DNA of 55,922 nt from a bacterium (GTDB lineage: Bacteria; JACRDZ01; JAQUKH01). The stretch covers positions 1 through 55,922 of the forward strand of contig JAQUKH010000015.1 in assembly GCA_028719205.1 (NCBI GenBank). The letters run 5' to 3'. Under the pieces are notes generated by a model. That model saw only the letters and a program-made list of their open reading frames with translations. It ran no database searches and was not told where the DNA came from. Positions 55,603 through 55,922 of this stretch are shown one piece after another. The translations under genes were made by a program, and so were the position numbers. Each line of letters opens with the position of its first letter. The stretch's first letter is position 1.

Positions 55603-55922
55603 ATACAATTTATAAAACATAAGATAAATTTCAGAATAAAAGCCAGGGATGTTCAGGTTATTGGGATCGATGGCAAGAATATAGGCGCGATTCCTTTAAG
55701 AAATGCCATTAAAATGGCAGAAGAATTAGGATTGGACCTTGTCGAGATCGCTCCTAATACAAATCCTCCGGTATGTAAGATAATGGATTATGGTAAATAT
55801 AAATATGAACTGCAGAAGAAGGCAAAAGAGGCCAAAAAACATCAAAGAGTTATAGAGGTAAAAGAAATAAAGATAAGGCCTAATATCGATGAGCATGATT
55901 ATCAGGTTAAAGTCAGAAGCCT
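55603..55922 (+). CDS. infC: Translation initiation factor IF-3, N-terminal part (runs off window), non-AUG start
   Basis: Not in the ORF track; frame reads IQFIKHKINFRIKARDVQVIG...GLDLVEIAPNTNPPVCKIMDYGKYKYE...KEIKIRPNIDEHDY; AGGAGGTG SD then ATA at 55603. Confidence 0.95.
   Translation, partial: MQFIKHKINFRIKARDVQVIGIDGKNIGAIPLRNAIKMAEELGLDLVEIAPNTNPPVCKIMDYGKYKYELQKKAKEAKKHQRVIEVKEIKIRPNIDEHDYQVKVRS

Overview
AT-rich bacterial chromosome segment, standard code 11, from a diderm organism (PilQ secretin) that also has some Firmicutes-like traits (L20 leader, short CpfC-type ferrochelatase); I cannot assign the lineage from sequence alone. Left to right: (1) translation block proS(partial)-rimP-nusA-infB-rbfA-DHH-truB-rpsO-pnp-M16 peptidase; (2) a two-cassette integron-like array with two attC sites, a strong upstream promoter and no integrase in the window; (3) fumarase beta subunit, PGPGW protein, AmmeMemoRadiSam B, YvlD-like protein, GAF-HD-GYP and two convergent membrane TPR proteins, one with a HEPN-like N-terminus; (4) phasin-like protein and ubiB/AarF; (5) a heme operon hemE-hemH-fixC-fixX-hemY with FixCX inserted in the pathway; (6) a wHTH plus degenerate nucleotidyltransferase regulator; (7) GT-C glycosyltransferase, hflX, comEA and comEC with an in-frame TGA; (8) aroE, a full type IVa pilus cluster, aroC, O-antigen-ligase-like/TPR protein and aroK; (9) tRNA-Leu(TAA) with a duplicated 3' end enclosing a structured element, then DUF2971-like, dinD and aroD; (10) the L20 leader and the start of infC, apparently at an AUA codon. 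Short GC-rich palindromes are scattered throughout, two of them inserted in frame inside proteins. The best candidates for new biology are FixCX-coupled oxygen-independent HemY chemistry, the integrase-less cassette array, the HEPN-like/TM/TPR protein and the protein-invading palindromes. All family assignments come from motif recognition by eye, not from database searches.
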